A stretch of DNA of 45,564 nt from contig JBBTRB010000007.1 of NCBI GenBank assembly GCA_038065395.1, forward strand, positions 1 to 45,564, read 5' to 3'. The position numbers were made by a program, and so were the translations under genes. Positions 44,939 to 45,564 of the stretch are shown piece after piece. Source of the DNA: Patescibacteria group bacterium. Its GTDB lineage: Bacteria > Patescibacteriota > Minisyncoccia > Phycocordibacterales > PALSA-1337. Position 1 is the stretch's first letter. The number at the start of each line of letters is the position of its first letter. The notes beneath the pieces were generated by a model. That model worked only from the letters and a program-made list of their open reading frames with translations, made no database searches and was not told the origin of the DNA.

Positions 44939-45025
44939 ATGAGTGAACCAACAACGTGTGCAAGTTGCGGTCATGCCCATACACAACCTAACGGTTCATG
45001 TGACTGTGGATGTTCGACAAAATAG
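44939..45025 (+). CDS. 28-aa Cys/His-rich micro-protein MSEPTTCASCGHAHTQPNGSCDCGCSTK
   Basis: 5 Cys and 2 His; terminator directly downstream; not in the ORF track. Confidence 0.6.
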   Translation: MSEPTTCASCGHAHTQPNGSCDCGCSTK

Positions 45026-45036
45026 ATAGCCATACC

Positions 45037-45071
45037 AAAACACCCTCCGATGTAACATCGGAGGGTGTTTT
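45037..45071. terminator. Bidirectional terminator
   Basis: AAAACACCCTCCGATG/CATCGGAGGGTGTTTT. Confidence 0.85.
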
Positions 45072-45091
45072 GCTTAGAGAACGTCTTGAAG

Positions 45092-45310
45092 TTACATTGA
45101 ACTTGGAGAAGCCGAGGTACCGCAGCACTTGCAATCCTTCTTGTGAGTGAAGAGGAGATAGATAGCTGAGAGACCGACGAGGATATAAATGATCTTGGCG
45201 ATACTCATACCTACGAGGTCTGCAACACCCCAATCCAAGAGGCCAACGAGGAGCCAGTTGAGACCTCCGACAACAAGAAGAATAAACGCAACGGTGTGTA
45301 ATGCTTTCAT
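45092..45310 (-). CDS. DUF378 family small membrane protein
   Basis: LLVVGGLNWLLVG...IIYILVGLSAIY. Confidence 0.85.
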   Translation of the reverse strand: MKALHTVAFILLVVGGLNWLLVGLLDWGVADLVGMSIAKIIYILVGLSAIYLLFTHKKDCKCCGTSASPSSM

Positions 45311-45509
45311 GATATTGAAATTATATGGTTAATAAATAAGCTCTGACGTCATTATATCACTCCTCGGTAGTGGATGGTGAAGGGTTATGCACAGGGGACC
45401 CGGTAATAAAATATCCCAATTGGAGAATTGTATTTCCTGTGGTACATTGATTCTCGATCTGGGCCATTAGCTCATCTGTAGCGCCCCAGTGCAGAAGGCA
45501 TAATCATTA

Positions 45510-45564
45510 GGGCCATTAGCTCATCTGGTAGAGCGCACCCATGGCATGGGTGAGGTGAGCGGTT
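45510..45564 (+). tRNA. tRNA-Ala(GGC), truncated by window end
   Basis: GGGCCATTAGCTCATCTGGTAGAGCG, anticodon arm CACCCAT-GGC-ATGGGTG. Confidence 0.92.

Noticed and set aside
45385-45393. DnaA-box-like TTATGCACA (possible oriC)
   Set aside because: Single mismatched box, no cluster, no dnaA nearby.
1-45564. Prophage, IS transposase or integrase, and alternative genetic code
   Set aside because: No ORF has such motifs; conserved genes are full length in code 11 and several ORFs end in TGA.

Overview
Bacterial chromosome segment, standard genetic code. The gene set and style (split transketolase, short UvrC, many small secreted or membrane orphans) suggest a CPR/Patescibacteria genome, probably Parcubacteria; this is inference. 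Core genes: parB, topA, dprA, serS, ftsQ-like, D,D-carboxypeptidase, dus, dnaX, a DEAD-box helicase, a pentose-phosphate/glycolysis cluster (pgl, gap, rpiB, rpe, tktN, tktC), uvrB/uvrA/uvrC, a ddl-like gene, mscL and 4 tRNAs. AT-rich orphan genes are interspersed. The most unusual signals are: (1) an integrase-free array downstream of gap in which the last 24 codons of GAPDH, from the WYDNE motif, recur twice as synonymously diverged open copies, each separated by a small cargo gene; (2) a ~520-nt, highly structured, promoter- and terminator-bounded unit between dus and dnaX that matches no RNA family I recognise; (3) a palindromic repeat family found both between genes and in frame inside ParB, Dus, UvrB, transketolase and partly TopA; (4) apparent pseudo-enzymes (Ddl, cytidylate kinase); (5) leaderless core genes versus SD-led accessory genes; (6) a secreted protein with a Verrucomicrobia-style C-terminus; (7) unannotated micro-ORFs. 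All calls come from reading the sequence by eye; no searches were run.
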